A stretch of 64,000 nucleotides of DNA from Bacteroidota bacterium (GTDB taxonomy: Bacteria > Bacteroidota > Bacteroidia > AKYH767-A > OLB10): the NCBI GenBank assembly GCA_016709725.1, contig JADJMG010000008.1, forward strand, positions 67,189 to 131,188, given 5' to 3'. Position 1 is the first letter of the stretch. Every line of letters begins with the position of its first letter. The notes beneath the pieces were generated by a model. That model was given only the letters and a program-made list of their open reading frames with translations. It was not told where the DNA came from and did not search any database. The position numbers were made by a program, and so were the translations under genes. Below are positions 1 through 11,933 of this stretch, in pieces.

Positions 1-3000
1 CATCAAATGGCTCGATAGAAGCACGTCCTGAAAAGTTGGAGGAATACGTTCGTGTCAATGGATTGTTTAACGTAGAATCTGCTGTAATCCATCCTCCACG
101 TACTGCGCGCTCACGAATGTCTCTTTGCGATCCCACAGTAAAACCAATTCCCGGAGAATTGTTATTAAGATCTTGTCCGAACACATCCGAATAATTTACA
201 TAACCAGGTAATGATGTTCCATTGGTTTCACTGTAAGTAAATCCAACTGTTTTGAGTCCCATAATCATTCTCGCTACAAATCGAACAGCGTCAGGTGTTG
301 TGCGTGGTTTCTTTTCTGCAGGAACTGGTATTTTAGGCTTCAAGCTATCTGCTGGCGTTGTCGCTGGATCCGGTGGTTTTACCTTTGGTTTCGGCGGAGT
401 TTTTGGCTTCGGAGAATTCATCTTCTTCAGCCAAGGAACTTTATTATACAGCGTGGTCATGGTAAAATTACCATTGAGTTGCTTGGTATTTGAATTCTGA
501 ATGGTATTTCCCGTTCGCGGATCTGTGGTGAATAGCCCTTCGGTATTTCTTAAGTATTGCCCTGCTGTCCAACTGTAGTTAAATCCATAGCGCGCATTTA
601 ACGAAATCCAATTGGTAAACGGAAACTTATTCAACGGCACCTGATAACTTACATTACCTGTTTGCTGGTAATTTTTATTTCTTCCCAGCAAGAAATTTTT
701 TCCAAAAATATTACTCCGAATCGAATCACGATCTTCCTTCGAGTCAATTCTTCCTTCGGGCTCATCTACAACAGAGAAGTTGTTGGCATTGAAATCAATT
801 TTAATACTTCGGGTAAGATCTAATTTGAAATCATACAATCGACGCATCTCAAAATTTTTGTTGAAGAAAGTATCGCGAATGATGTCGTTATAACCTGTAT
901 TGTTTCTAAATAATTTTTCACCGTACATCCGGGTCACATCGGCACGGAAATTCAGACTGGTTGGAATCAAATTGAGGTTAATATCCTTGATGGGCTTCAG
1001 GTACTTCGATTTCATGATGTTCGCCTTTTCAAAAGGGGCGATGTACTTAGGGGTAGTATTGTAATTATAACCAACAGCACCTCGATGAGTTTTCACAACA
1101 TCGTATTCAATATTTATATCGCGATGAAATACTTCATCATACCCATATGTAAAATTGAAATTTTCAACGTCGTACACACGTGCCTTCGCTCCCGCAGTAC
1201 GATTCTTTTTTACATTGGTAAAGTTGATTCCTTTGGTTTGTGTATAATCCTGTGAACGCTTCTTGATTTCTCGCTTCTCACTCTTACTATCTGCTTCACC
1301 CAATGACTTAGTAAATAAAACATCTTGATCTAATGCATCATAAACTGGATTGCGAACTACCGTGCCGTAATTCACATACATCGGAATGTCTAAGTTTGCT
1401 TTTTGAGGAAGAAACTTTCCAAGATAAATAGATGACGTTACGTTAAAAGTAGTTTCTGAATTGACGGGACGTTCGCTTACTTTTTGATCCAAGGGACCAA
1501 AGTTCGCCGACTTATGTTGTCCGGCCACAGTGACATTTCCAATATCTGCTAATTTAGCATTGACGCGACCGTTCGCTGCCCAACCGCCTTTCTTACTGAA
1601 GTCGGTAAGTCGAAGTTCGTTGACCCATACCTCTCCGCATTTCTTTTGACCATCGTCACCACCCGGAACAAGTGGATTCAACTTGGGATTCCGAATTCCG
1701 ATCATAATGGATCGAATAGAACTGAGCGATGGATTACCGCGAACACTAAACGTTCGATTAGTACCTGATTCTCGTTCGGAATACAGACTTGTTATATTCA
1801 ATGCGCCTCCCGAATTATCTACAGCTTTATTACGCCGCAACTTCATGTCCACAAACTTCTCGAGTTCCAATTCAATGTTATTTGCAGTAGGCCAGATAGC
1901 ATCGGGCGATGTGGTTCCCCAAGCCGTCACACTTAATGGCACTTCGTATTCATAATAGTTTTCGCTGAAGTCATTACCCATGCGGATAAACACATTCATA
2001 TCACCGCTTTTCAATGCATCGGGATCACCAGAACTCTCTGCATGAATAAACATTTTTATTTTTTCATACAATCGCAAATCCAACTCAAAATTTTTAAAAG
2101 CTCCTCGTGCATCACCATCTTCCAAATCACACACTTTTAATGACAAACTTTGCTCATTCAATCGTTGAAGTACTGTTGATCCAATATTGATCTCACGTAA
2201 AATTCCTGGAGGAATCGCATAATTGATGGGAGTTCGTTTTCCATTCTCTTCAATGTTCACAACAGAAATATCAAAGGTGGCATTGTTTGGATCGGTTCCA
2301 ATCACATCTCCAATCGAACGTAAATCGTAATTATATTTTCTCCACTCACCACGTAAAAGTTCCAATCGTGCAAAACGCAAAGTCATCGGCTCATCAAATG
2401 TAGTCATGAACATACGAATGAAAGAAATAGTATTGAATCCTTCAATATCACCGATGCGGGTAATATTTGGATTTGTACCGTTGATTTCGCGAATTGGAAT
2501 TTTAAACTGATACCAAGTTACTTGATCTGATGTACCATTAGGTAAGTTTACCGTACGTGTTATTTTATCGACAATAAAATTTTGTCCTACTTCCATTTCA
2601 CCGGGACGCAGCGACACGCGGTATTGATAATATTGCTCGCTGCTTTCTTGATTGAAATCTTTATTTACGTCAGCTACATCAGGAATCGTTGTGGCAGCGG
2701 TTGGATAACTCTCTGGTGATTGCGCGTCTGTGGGTGAATTACCCTCTGGGTTACTAAATTTTTTATAACGATCTAAAATTCCTAAACTTTGGTTGTCGTA
2801 ATCAGTACCGCGATAGTAATGGTAGTTATCGGAAGATGGATCGCCTGCTGCTTCTGCATACGCTTGTGCATTTACATTGGCTTGCAAATCGCTCAAATAA
2901 GTTTGGAAGAAAGAGCCTTCTAAATTATTTCTAAGTCCATCAAAACCTACGTCTTGATATTGGCGTGCATCGGGACTGTTATCAAAAGCGTAAATAATGG

Positions 3001-6000
3001 GTGGTTGTGTTTTCGGTGTAAATCCCCAAATGGTATTACTAGCAGCGCTGGTGTCGCCATCAATTGGCAATCCATTTTCATACTCCAGTTTACCATCTTT
3101 CAACACATCCTCTGAAATATTTCCTAAGTTGAAATATAGATCTCCTCCACCTTGATTCACATTTTGAGTATTGCTATTAAAAGGATCCATCATCCAGAAT
3201 TGAATGAATTCAATATTGGCTACGTCAAAATCAGTAGTTTCAATTCTACGCATGATACCACCCCATCGTGAACCTGGATTATTCAATTTACCATCCGAGT
3301 TAACCACGGCACTTAATGCAGTGGGCACTACATCATAATTATAAGGTCCACGTTCCTCGGAAAATAACTGATATTGAATACAGGAAGTACAACGGTTTGT
3401 CCTTGCTGTGCTTCACGATTTGGAAATATTTCTTTCTCGGGAACTTGACGCACTAAATGATTGGAGATGGCATTATCGTCGATATTCGGAGGCGTAACAC
3501 CAGAAAGATCACGATAAAATAATGGATCGATGATATACCAAGAAAACTTTGCACGGTTCTTTCCGTATTGTAAACTCACGCTATCTGCCTCCGGTAATAA
3601 TCGAGTTGGTGCCGAAGCGAGAATCCAAGAACCCACATTTCGTAAATCAATCGTACTTTGACTTCCCTCGAAATCGTCGATATAAGCCGTACCATTTTTT
3701 CCAATGGCCTTATTATTTCCAGGTACTAAGTTTGCAAATTCTCCGGCAACCGTGATGGTGGAAACTTCTTTGGTAGATATTCCAGGAAGCTTGTCAATCA
3801 TTCGTGTTAACCAACGTGATTCTGTTCGCCAAGTTCCATCCACACCCCAAATAGTATTAGCGATGGGCTCATCACCAATATTTACTTTCTGAGTGATGGG
3901 ACGTTCGTTCAATCGTAAAATAGTACCTCCTAATACAAGATCCTTATTCACGGTATAATCGAAACGTGAACCGAACAACGTTTTGGATTGAATACTAAAA
4001 AGTGAATTACTCTCTAAAGAAATATTGATTGCCGTTCCTGAATTTAAAATACTTTGATTAATGATTTTTACACGACCTAAATTATAATCGACTGTATAAT
4101 CTACATTCTCCGTTAAGGGAGCACCACCTGCAGTCACCTTCACCGATCCTTGCGGAATGTTGATAGCATTTAATGGAATGTCAGATCCATATTTACTGAT
4201 GTAACTTCCTTTTAAACTAAATTTATTTTTAGATGCTTGCTGAATCGCGAAAATCCGTGTTGAATCATACAATGCCTCATATACATACGGCGCTGCTGCA
4301 GCTGAATCATTAAACTTACTTTCCAAATACGATCCAAAAGGCTCGCGAACCGGGAAAATAATTCGACCATTATTACTGTTGATCGTAACACCTTCAATGA
4401 AATCAAACTCTCCGTCGGGACGCGGATCGTTGTTACTATTTAATTTATCTAAATTGAAAAGTCGGTTTAACGGCTTGGCGTAAACGTTAGTTTGTGCAGG
4501 AGTTGTTGGAATGTAGTTAAGACGGTTACCAATGGTATCCACATAATACAATACATCCAATTTAAAATCTTTTCTATCCAATTGAAATCCGCCCAACGCA
4601 TACACGTTCTTCATCATCAAATCCCAGGTTGGTAACTTGGTATTGTTTACACGACCTTTCAAAAGTTTCATGAATAATACTTTCGGGGGTTCAATACCGG
4701 TGTTGGTTAAATCACCCACACGATAGACTTTTCCGCCAATGGTATATTCATAAGCCACTGCCAATACTTCATTCCCATTGAGTGCTTGATTCAATGAGAT
4801 ATAACCCAAACGCGGATTGAAGGTATACTCCGTAGTAGCTAATCGACGTGCGTTTTGAACTACCTCATAATCACGAGAAGGACTTAATTGCGTAATATTT
4901 GCAATCGAATTTTGCACCAACGTAACGTCTCTCAAATCTGGATTCAGATTGAATTGATCATACAAACTATTGGCTGAGTCTTGTGGAAAAGGGACCGTGA
5001 CATTAAAAGAATTTGTGATATATCCTGTGGGCTCAAAATAATTTCTTTCTCCCAAATCCATCGCCGCCAAAACTGTACGGGTATTGTCAGTACTATTATT
5101 CCGGTTGGTTACCCATACTTCCATTCGAGTAATGGACACTAATGAATTGATGAACGGAAGATCGGCTAATGAAACATCATACTGATCTTTGAAATATTGT
5201 CCGACGAAATAATGTTTGTTTACCTCATACTGATCGCAGGGAATATCAAACTTCGTGGTAGTTGCACCGCCTTTCACTTCGATGTTGGAAGCTTGTCCGC
5301 GTTGTTGTGAAAGCAAAGTAGTTACCATCAGTCGACCAAACTTCAACTGTGTTTTCAATCCAAACAAACTCTGACTTCCTTGAATCAACTGCGAATTGAG
5401 TGGTAAGCTTACGTTACCCGCTTCAATCTTTTGAATAATCTCATCTTCATAGCCAGTGTACTCCAATTTCATTTGATTCTCAAAATCAAAACTGGCTTGT
5501 GTATTATAATTGGTGGTAATCTTCAATTTCTCTCCGATATTACCAATCACATTCATTTGAATCTGCTCGCGAAAATCGAAAGTGGTGATACGACGTTGAC
5601 GTTCTGGTAAAGTTGGATTATCATAACGCGAAATATTTAATCCAAAAGCTAAAGAAGCGGATCCTTGCGGACGAATGTCGATGGTGTTCCCTCCAAAAAT
5701 TCTGTTGAACGCTTCACCCCCAACGTAAATTCGAGGAGAACCACTTTTACGTGCAGCAGCATTCTCTGCATTTGCTTTTTGTTTCCAATAATTTTTTGTG
5801 CTCTTTTCAAACTCCGACTCTTTAAACTCCTCGAAGGTCATGTAGCTTGGACTACGGAAAAAGTTACTCCCAATATTTTCATTGATATCGTACTGACGCT
5901 CTTCTGGATTATACTCAATGGTTGTTTGAATATTACTTGGATTGCCCATATAAAGTGGACTACTTGGAGCATTGCTGTTATACGGATCGGCATAACGATC

Positions 6001-6219
6001 ATCAAAAGGGTAAGGCAATTGCACAGCGGCAGTATCCGAGTCACCAGCAGCAAAGGGCATGGCATCGAATGGACTAAAAACGATTTCTGATCCAGATGCC
6101 CATACCAAAGATATGAGCAACGTGAAGCAAAAAATGATAAATGAGTACGAACGGATCTGCTTCACACGGGTAATTTCTAGGTTATTGAGGTCAACTTCGA
6201 GGCGCGCCAAAAATAGCAC
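1..6219 (-). CDS. sprA: T9SS translocon / cell-surface gliding protein SprA. N-terminus is near 6160-6219 and the C-terminal end runs off the window start. A single-base frameshift lies near 3340-3360 in a T-run.
   Basis: 963-aa ORF 3328..6219 has SprA-like sequence and an N-terminal signal (SFIIFCFTLLISLVWA). Downstream of 3328 the -1/+2 frame continues with SprA-like EERGPYNYDVVP...IEFIQFWMMDPF. The reading frame stays open to position 1. Confidence 0.85.
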
Positions 6220-6289
6220 AATTCTTTTTGGTAACGATCCTTACAGGGAACGTTTATGTTAAGTTCTACGCTAAACCATTTTATTAGTT

Positions 6290-6877
6290 TCACAGATGGC
6301 TCAGTGCAACCTTAATTAATTCCTCCACTTTGGAATTAGATCCCAATGATTTAGAGGCTTGTAGAATTGCTTTTTCGGCGCTCGCACGAGCAAAACCGAG
6401 GGTTAGGAGAGCACTTAACGCTTCATTACTTTCCGTATTGTATGTTGGGGATGTATTTATTTCGTTTAAAATCATCCCTTTTTTTCATCTTATCTTGCAA
6501 GTCGATAACGATCCTTTGGGCGGTTTTTGCCCCAATTCCCTTCACTTTTTGCAGACTTATTACATCACCCGAGGCAATAACCTGACGGAGATGGGATGCT
6601 GACATGGACGACAGCACAATTCGACTTGTAGAAGCGCCTACTCCACTGACGCTCAACAATTCACGAAACATAAAACGCTCTTCTTGGTCAAAGAATCCGA
6701 AGAGAATTTGGGCATCTTCACGCACTACATGATGGGCAAAAAGGCGAACGCTGGTCTTATCTTTTAATTGCCCAAACGTATAAAGTGAAATTTGTAAGTG
6801 GTAACCCACTCCCCACAATCAATAGTTACCTCGGTGGGCGAAAGTCCGGCAATTTTACCGTTGAAATAATCAAACAT
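6290..6877 (-). CDS. ruvA: Holliday junction branch migration protein RuvA, split by two homopolymer frameshifts (near 6810-6830 at ccactcccc, and near 6470-6490 at T7)
   Basis: Three fragments read MFDYFNGKIAGLSPTEVTIDC | GVGYHLQISLYTF...GIGAKTAQRIVIDLQDK | C-terminal domain LGFARASAEKAILQ. Each is a RuvA motif in a successive frame. Confidence 0.8.
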
Positions 6878-7119
6878 GTGGCAAATGTATCTTTTTTAGC
6901 CGTTTTTAGACGAGTGTGTACAAAAATCAAGACATTATTTTGACAAATTATTTGTGATAAAAGTCAATCTTTGTAGTTCATGAAAAAATGGACTGAGATG
7001 ATTAAACATATCTAAGTACAAATATAAATTCAAATTCCGCCTAATTATTGTTCAAGCCTCTCCCCTGCCCTCTCCAAAGGAGAGGGAGTTGTGAAAATTA
7101 TCTAACAACAATACTATCA

Positions 7120-8568
7120 ATGTGTAATTGGCTTTCCATTTTAATAACAGTAATCTTAACTTTCTTTTGTACAGAAGGATGGACTCAAAATTTATTCAAT
7201 AATTCCGGATTCGAGTTGTATAATCAGTGTCCAACATACACTTCACAAATCAACCGTTGCACGAATTGGGACTCCGCCATTGGCACAGCTGATTTTTACC
7301 ACTGCGGATATTATGCTCCTTCGGGCACGGGAACTTATGGAAATCCAAGAAACGGCAATGGTGTTATTGGGTTGGTAAATTCTCCTCCAAGTATATGGAA
7401 TCCGAGCATGGGTTGGTATGGAGAAACATTTAAAAGTTCTTTAACACAGACCTTAATTCCGGGAGCTACTTATCAGGTAGAATCGCATTGGCTTTATACC
7501 ACTACTAATTTGCCTGCACCTACGATGAATTGTTTTTCGATAGGTTTCTATTTTTACAAAAGCATTCATCCGCCTTCTGCACCATTGACAGGTTGTTCTA
7601 CATTTCGACCTCAAATTCAAATTGACCCTTCTATGATTCAAGTGGGTTCTTATACTTCTTTTACATTCAACTTTGTTGCCGACAGTTGCTACGATGCTGT
7701 GATGATTGGTTTCTTTTGCAACGACAGCACGGAAACACCTACGTGCATGCAGGTGGCAGAAAGTGATTATGCAAATGTGGATGATATTAGTTTAATCAAA
7801 GTGAGTGATGCGCCTATAACGAATAGTGGATTTACAAGCAATGAACTTTCTATTTGTGTAGATGAATGCATTGCATTTCAAGATACCTCCGATGCCAATA
7901 GAATTTCCAGAACCTGGTATTTTGAAAATGGGAATCCAGCAACTTCGACGGATAAAAATCCATTGTCGGTATGCTATGATGCTCCCGGTGATTACGATGT
8001 TACGTTGGTTACCCTTTACGAATGCGGCCGCGATTCTATTGTGAAAGAAGATTATATTCATGTAGATGAAATACCAAGCGTAGAAATTTCTGCAGACACC
8101 AATATCATTTGTTTTGGTCAAGAAAAAATTATTTCAGCTACGGGCGTGGAACCGTTCCTTTGGTCGACGGGTGAGATGGGTTCTTCGATTGTCATAAAAC
8201 AGTCGGGAATTTATTTTGTGAATGCATCTAATATTTGCGGTGTGGCAGGAGATACTGTTGAAATCAATTATGAAAATTGTCCATGCCATGTTTGGATTCC
8301 AAATGCATTTAGTCCGAACACGGATACAAAAAATGAAAATTATTATGTCGTTAGTGATTGCATTTTAGAAGAATTCAATTTACGAATTTACAATCGTTGG
8401 GGACAAGAAGTTTTTGCAGGAAATAATATTAATTCTTTTTGGGATGGCTTTTACAAAAACACTCTTGCACCTGAAGGAATTTATGTTGCCAAAGTAAATT
8501 ACAAAGGCTATGCAGACGGAAGGCTAAAAGATGAGCAGGTCGTGAGGTCGATTATGTTGCTTCGGTAG
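7120..8568 (+). CDS. Secreted PKD-domain protein with T9SS type-B (gliding-motility-associated, CHU_C-like) C-terminal domain
   Basis: Signal peptide MCNWLSILITVILTFFC. C-terminus IPNAFSPNTD...LRIYNRWGQEVFAGN...WDGFYKN...YVAKVNYKG matches the type-B CTD consensus. Confidence 0.7.
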   Translation: MCNWLSILITVILTFFCTEGWTQNLFNNSGFELYNQCPTYTSQINRCTNWDSAIGTADFYHCGYYAPSGTGTYGNPRNGNGVIGLVNSPPSIWNPSMGWYGETFKSSLTQTLIPGATYQVESHWLYTTTNLPAPTMNCFSIGFYFYKSIHPPSAPLTGCSTFRPQIQIDPSMIQVGSYTSFTFNFVADSCYDAVMIGFFCNDSTETPTCMQVAESDYANVDDISLIKVSDAPITNSGFTSNELSICVDECIAFQDTSDANRISRTWYFENGNPATSTDKNPLSVCYDAPGDYDVTLVTLYECGRDSIVKEDYIHVDEIPSVEISADTNIICFGQEKIISATGVEPFLWSTGEMGSSIVIKQSGIYFVNASNICGVAGDTVEINYENCPCHVWIPNAFSPNTDTKNENYYVVSDCILEEFNLRIYNRWGQEVFAGNNINSFWDGFYKNTLAPEGIYVAKVNYKGYADGRLKDEQVVRSIMLLR

Positions 8569-8635
8569 GAATTATAAGTTGACAATCACGATAGTGTTCG
8601 ACTGAGCTCACACCGGAGTCTATTGGGAAGTAACT

Positions 8636-8834
8636 TGCTTTGCCCAGAAGTCGTAGCGGAACCCTGTAGTTGAAGCAAAGCGAAATACTACAGGGAAGCG
8701 GAGTACTTCTGGTGCTTTGCCCAGAAGTCGTAGCAAAGCGGAGTACTTCTGGTGCTTTGCCCAGAAGTCGTAGCAAAGCGGAGTACTTCTGGTGCTTTGC
8801 CCAGAAGTCGTAGCAAAGCGGAGTACTTCTGGGG
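8636..8834. repeat. Tandem array of a 40-bp hairpin-forming unit (ctttgcccagaagtcgtagcaaagcggagtacttctggtg). Three perfect copies follow one composite copy that carries a 38-bp hairpin insertion. The array sits in the convergent intergenic space.
   Basis: Direct reading. Each unit contains two interleaved inverted repeats (gctttgc/gcaaagc and ccagaagt/acttctgg). There are no unique spacers. Confidence 0.85.
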
Positions 8835-8941
8835 TGTCGCGAGGTAGGATTGTTTTATCTAAGTGTAGGAATGAATCGGCGAACGGTTAATTCAAATAGA
8901 AGATACTGAATTTACTTAACCCTCCCTACTAGAATTTTACT

Positions 8942-10132
8942 TTAATACTTAATTACTTTCCTGAAACTATGCTGGCCGTCCATGGTCACTTTCAGCAAAT
9001 AGATTCCAGCAGGTAAAATATCCTTAAAACTCAATTTGAGTTTTTCATTTGCCTTGACATTTGAAAAATTTTGCGAATAAATTCTGGCTCCATTCATGAC
9101 AAACAAATCAATCAAGACCTTACTCTTTTCATTTTGGTCATTCTGAATAAACAAATCGTCTTGGAAAGGATTTGGAAATATTTCAATATTCAAAGTTGAG
9201 TTGTTTTCAATTGAAGTCGAAGTATTGCAAAGCAAGCATGTTTTTTGAAATACAATACTTGTATCTGTGGTGATCAGCGAATCAAACTGAGCACCTGAAA
9301 AGCAATCACCTTTCAATTCATATTTTAGCCAAGGAAGTAAATAGTTGCTAATAACAACATGCTGCTCCGCACGCGTAATGGTGGGTTGTGGGGTACATGT
9401 TGCTTCGCCAATACTGCACAAGAAATTATTATCAGCCATCTGGCAATGACTTCCGCCATTAATACTTACATAAGTCTTACAACTGCTTTGCAAAGAGTCG
9501 TACATCGGAACTTGATTTGCTGGAGGTGGCGTAACACAATCGTTACCACCGGCAATGATCAATGAAGGGATACTCAGACTTGCAGCCGCCTGTATAGCCG
9601 ATGGATTTGTTTCGGCAGCAGCAAGTGTGGCTATTGTTTTGATGGAAGGATCAAATTGTGCGGCTAAAAAAGCAGCACCGCCACCCATGCTATGACCCAT
9701 AACGCAATTCATCGTGTCGACGCGATTATAAAATAAAGAAGAGGTGTCTTGACTCAGTGTGGTTAATTCAGAAATCACAAAAGCAAGGTCTTTACCAAAT
9801 TCAGCATGAGAGGGCGCTAAACCTCCTTCCGTTTTGGGAAATGCAATAATAAATCCTTCTTGCACCACGGCATCCCAAATATTCTGATAAGCATTCCAGG
9901 TCATGACAAACCCGTGCCCGAAACTAACCACAGGAAATTTATCATTGGTAGTAATGGTAACCGGTTCGTCATCTCCTGCAACATCCGCAGGATAATATAC
10001 TTCAGTAGCGATGGAACGGTTGCTTCGACTGGTATCAATGAAGTTAATCGTAGTATGCCCAATCTGAAAGGTCTGTGCAAATAGAATATTGCTAAATAAA
10101 ATTGTCAAGATAAGAGTTAAAATTTTTCTCAT
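8942..10132 (-). CDS. Secreted alpha/beta-hydrolase (lipase/esterase, chlorophyllase/PETase-like) with T9SS type-A C-terminal sorting domain
   Basis: Signal peptide, GHSMGGG nucleophile elbow, C-terminal IFPNP...LKVTMDGQHSFRKVIKY. Confidence 0.7.
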   Translation of the reverse strand: MRKILTLILTILFSNILFAQTFQIGHTTINFIDTSRSNRSIATEVYYPADVAGDDEPVTITTNDKFPVVSFGHGFVMTWNAYQNIWDAVVQEGFIIAFPKTEGGLAPSHAEFGKDLAFVISELTTLSQDTSSLFYNRVDTMNCVMGHSMGGGAAFLAAQFDPSIKTIATLAAAETNPSAIQAAASLSIPSLIIAGGNDCVTPPPANQVPMYDSLQSSCKTYVSINGGSHCQMADNNFLCSIGEATCTPQPTITRAEQHVVISNYLLPWLKYELKGDCFSGAQFDSLITTDTSIVFQKTCLLCNTSTSIENNSTLNIEIFPNPFQDDLFIQNDQNEKSKVLIDLFVMNGARIYSQNFSNVKANEKLKLSFKDILPAGIYLLKVTMDGQHSFRKVIKY

Positions 10133-10250
10133 TTTTTAGTAGTTAGTTGATTAATCTATATTTTAGGTAGACATAAATATCGGTAGACAGCTTACCGATT
10201 TAACGATTATCAACGTTTTATCTCCCAATTAGTTTATTCCCATCATCATT

Positions 10251-10709
10251 TTATTTCTCACATATTTCTTTCAACTTGTCGAGTGCTTTTGGGTAGGCAT
10301 TGTTCATATAATCTACAAAATCTTCTGTAGTGTCTAAGTCAACTGTAACGAGTGTTTTTCCATTGTTTTCTTCGAAGGTATAATTCTCTAGGCCGTTTGC
10401 CCATTTGTCTACTTCTGGCCCTTCTGTAATTTCCTTATCCCCTTTTACTAGACCATAATGCTGAATGGAAACAAATCGATTGGGCATGTTTTCAACGATC
10501 TTAGAAACCATACCGCCCTTTTCTCCCTTGTCATCGACTCCAACAAATAGAATTTTACTTCCCTTGTCCCAACTTCCTTCGAAGGTAGAAGTCGCGTTAA
10601 ACAACGCAGTCCATTGCTCATAGGTGGATTTATCGTTAATACCAAGCATCCTATTATAAACATGGCTTGCGGGTGCTTTTACACTTACCTTAAATTGAAT
10701 TTTTTTCAT
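10251..10709 (-). CDS. SRPBCC-superfamily protein (AHSA1 / activator of Hsp90 ATPase-like)
   Basis: 152-aa ORF with an SRPBCC-like pattern and good coding context. Confidence 0.5.
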   Translation of the reverse strand: MKKIQFKVSVKAPASHVYNRMLGINDKSTYEQWTALFNATSTFEGSWDKGSKILFVGVDDKGEKGGMVSKIVENMPNRFVSIQHYGLVKGDKEITEGPEVDKWANGLENYTFEENNGKTLVTVDLDTTEDFVDYMNNAYPKALDKLKEICEK

Positions 10710-10781
10710 CCTAATTGACTTTAATTATTTAGTTTCATTTCAATAGCAAACTCAAATTACTTATGAAATTTTCTTTCGCGT

Positions 10782-11081
10782 TTATTGTGCTTTTAAAAGT
10801 GTATATCCTGCATTCCTTAATGCAGTATTTAATTTAGGCAGCGTACTTTTTCCAATTCCATGTAAAGTTAAAATTTCCTTTTCACTTAAAGTAGCTAACT
10901 TTTCCAGGGTGATTATTCCCTCTCTTTCTAATGCTCGGCGAGCGGGCGCTGCGATTAAGGATAGAAAATGGTCCGTGGGTTTTCTTTCTTCTTCGCATAT
11001 TGGACAAATTGGACAATCAGAACTTTTATAGAATTTATGTCCTTTTTTACAAGTCTTTAATGTGGGTTTGTTTACTGGCAT
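10782..11081 (-). CDS. Small zinc-ribbon plus helix-hairpin-helix (RNAP alpha-CTD-like) DNA-binding protein
   Basis: C-x2-H...CPICPIC cluster at the N-terminus. C-terminal LTLHGIGKSTLPKL is an HhH motif. Confidence 0.4.
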   Translation of the reverse strand: MPVNKPTLKTCKKGHKFYKSSDCPICPICEEERKPTDHFLSLIAAPARRALEREGIITLEKLATLSEKEILTLHGIGKSTLPKLNTALRNAGYTLLKAQ

Positions 11082-11146
11082 ATTTTTGAAATGGAATTGT
11101 TAATGATCAGCAACATTTTATGAGTAGGTTTAATTCAACTTTTGTT

Positions 11147-11833
11147 TTACAATTTTGTTGTATCAATTCCCTTTATGAGCAACCACAAACAAACCGACAA
11201 CTCTCCAATAAAAATTGGAATTGCAAGATAAACGAACATAGGATTCGCAAATCCCTTGGAAAGAAACATTGCAAAACTATTTATCAAGTAGCAGAGTCCG
11301 GCCAATGCATACAATACACCAATAATTCTCGGCATTGCATTCGTCTTGTAAATCACAAATCCAATCAAAATACAATAAAATCCAAAGAATACGAATCCAA
11401 TGGCATAACCTTGTGATTGGATGTTTAATGACAAAAGGGAAAGCGTTGCTAATTCGCCTTGCTGAAAAGTATTTAAGTAGGTGTCATTACTCAAGAGCAA
11501 TAAGGGTGTAATTTGATTTAACAGATTGACGGCAATAATTGCCGTTTGAATAATCACTAATGCCAAAGCAATTTGAAGTAGAATCTTATGTGACTTTTTG
11601 AAAAAGTGATAAATTATTAAGATGGTAGGTATGCCCACTACAAAATTGATAAGGTCAGCAACAAATCCCCAACGAAAAAGCATTTCGTTGGCTTGAATAT
11701 TATAAGCGGTCGTTAAAGCATCGTTTGACACCCTTAATGCCTGCCTAACGAAAACTTCGGAAAATAATCCCGTAGCAATTACAACTAAATAGCATAAGCC
11801 TGCAATTCTTGCTAAATTTTTATCTGAGATCAT
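11147..11833 (-). CDS. Polytopic membrane protein (DUF4386-like)
   Basis: 228 aa with about six hydrophobic helices. Confidence 0.45.
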   Translation of the reverse strand: MISDKNLARIAGLCYLVVIATGLFSEVFVRQALRVSNDALTTAYNIQANEMLFRWGFVADLINFVVGIPTILIIYHFFKKSHKILLQIALALVIIQTAIIAVNLLNQITPLLLLSNDTYLNTFQQGELATLSLLSLNIQSQGYAIGFVFFGFYCILIGFVIYKTNAMPRIIGVLYALAGLCYLINSFAMFLSKGFANPMFVYLAIPIFIGELSVCLWLLIKGIDTTKL

Positions 11834-11933
11834 GAAACTGGAGGAATAAGATTGTCATTGGCGTTTTCTATAGATAAATTTACTTTTGAATAAATTGAAT
11901 TGGCAGAATTGATTTTCAATTTTAGAAAACTGG

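Noticed and set aside
252-6090. Plus-strand ORFs inside sprA (252..500, 1683..1955, 3549..3755, 3704..3892, 5665..6090) and minus-strand ORFs 4212..4406 and 5838..6065
   Set aside because: They are embedded in or antisense to the long SprA reading frame with low-complexity translations. These are spurious.
7058-7090. Hairpin ccctctcc-aaa-ggagaggg as a terminator
   Set aside because: It lies in the divergent region between the ruvA and 7120 gene starts. It is more likely leader structure, and no upstream gene terminates here.
8636-8834. Possible CRISPR array
   Set aside because: The 40-bp repeats are contiguous with no unique spacers, and no cas genes are nearby. It is a tandem repeat, not a CRISPR.
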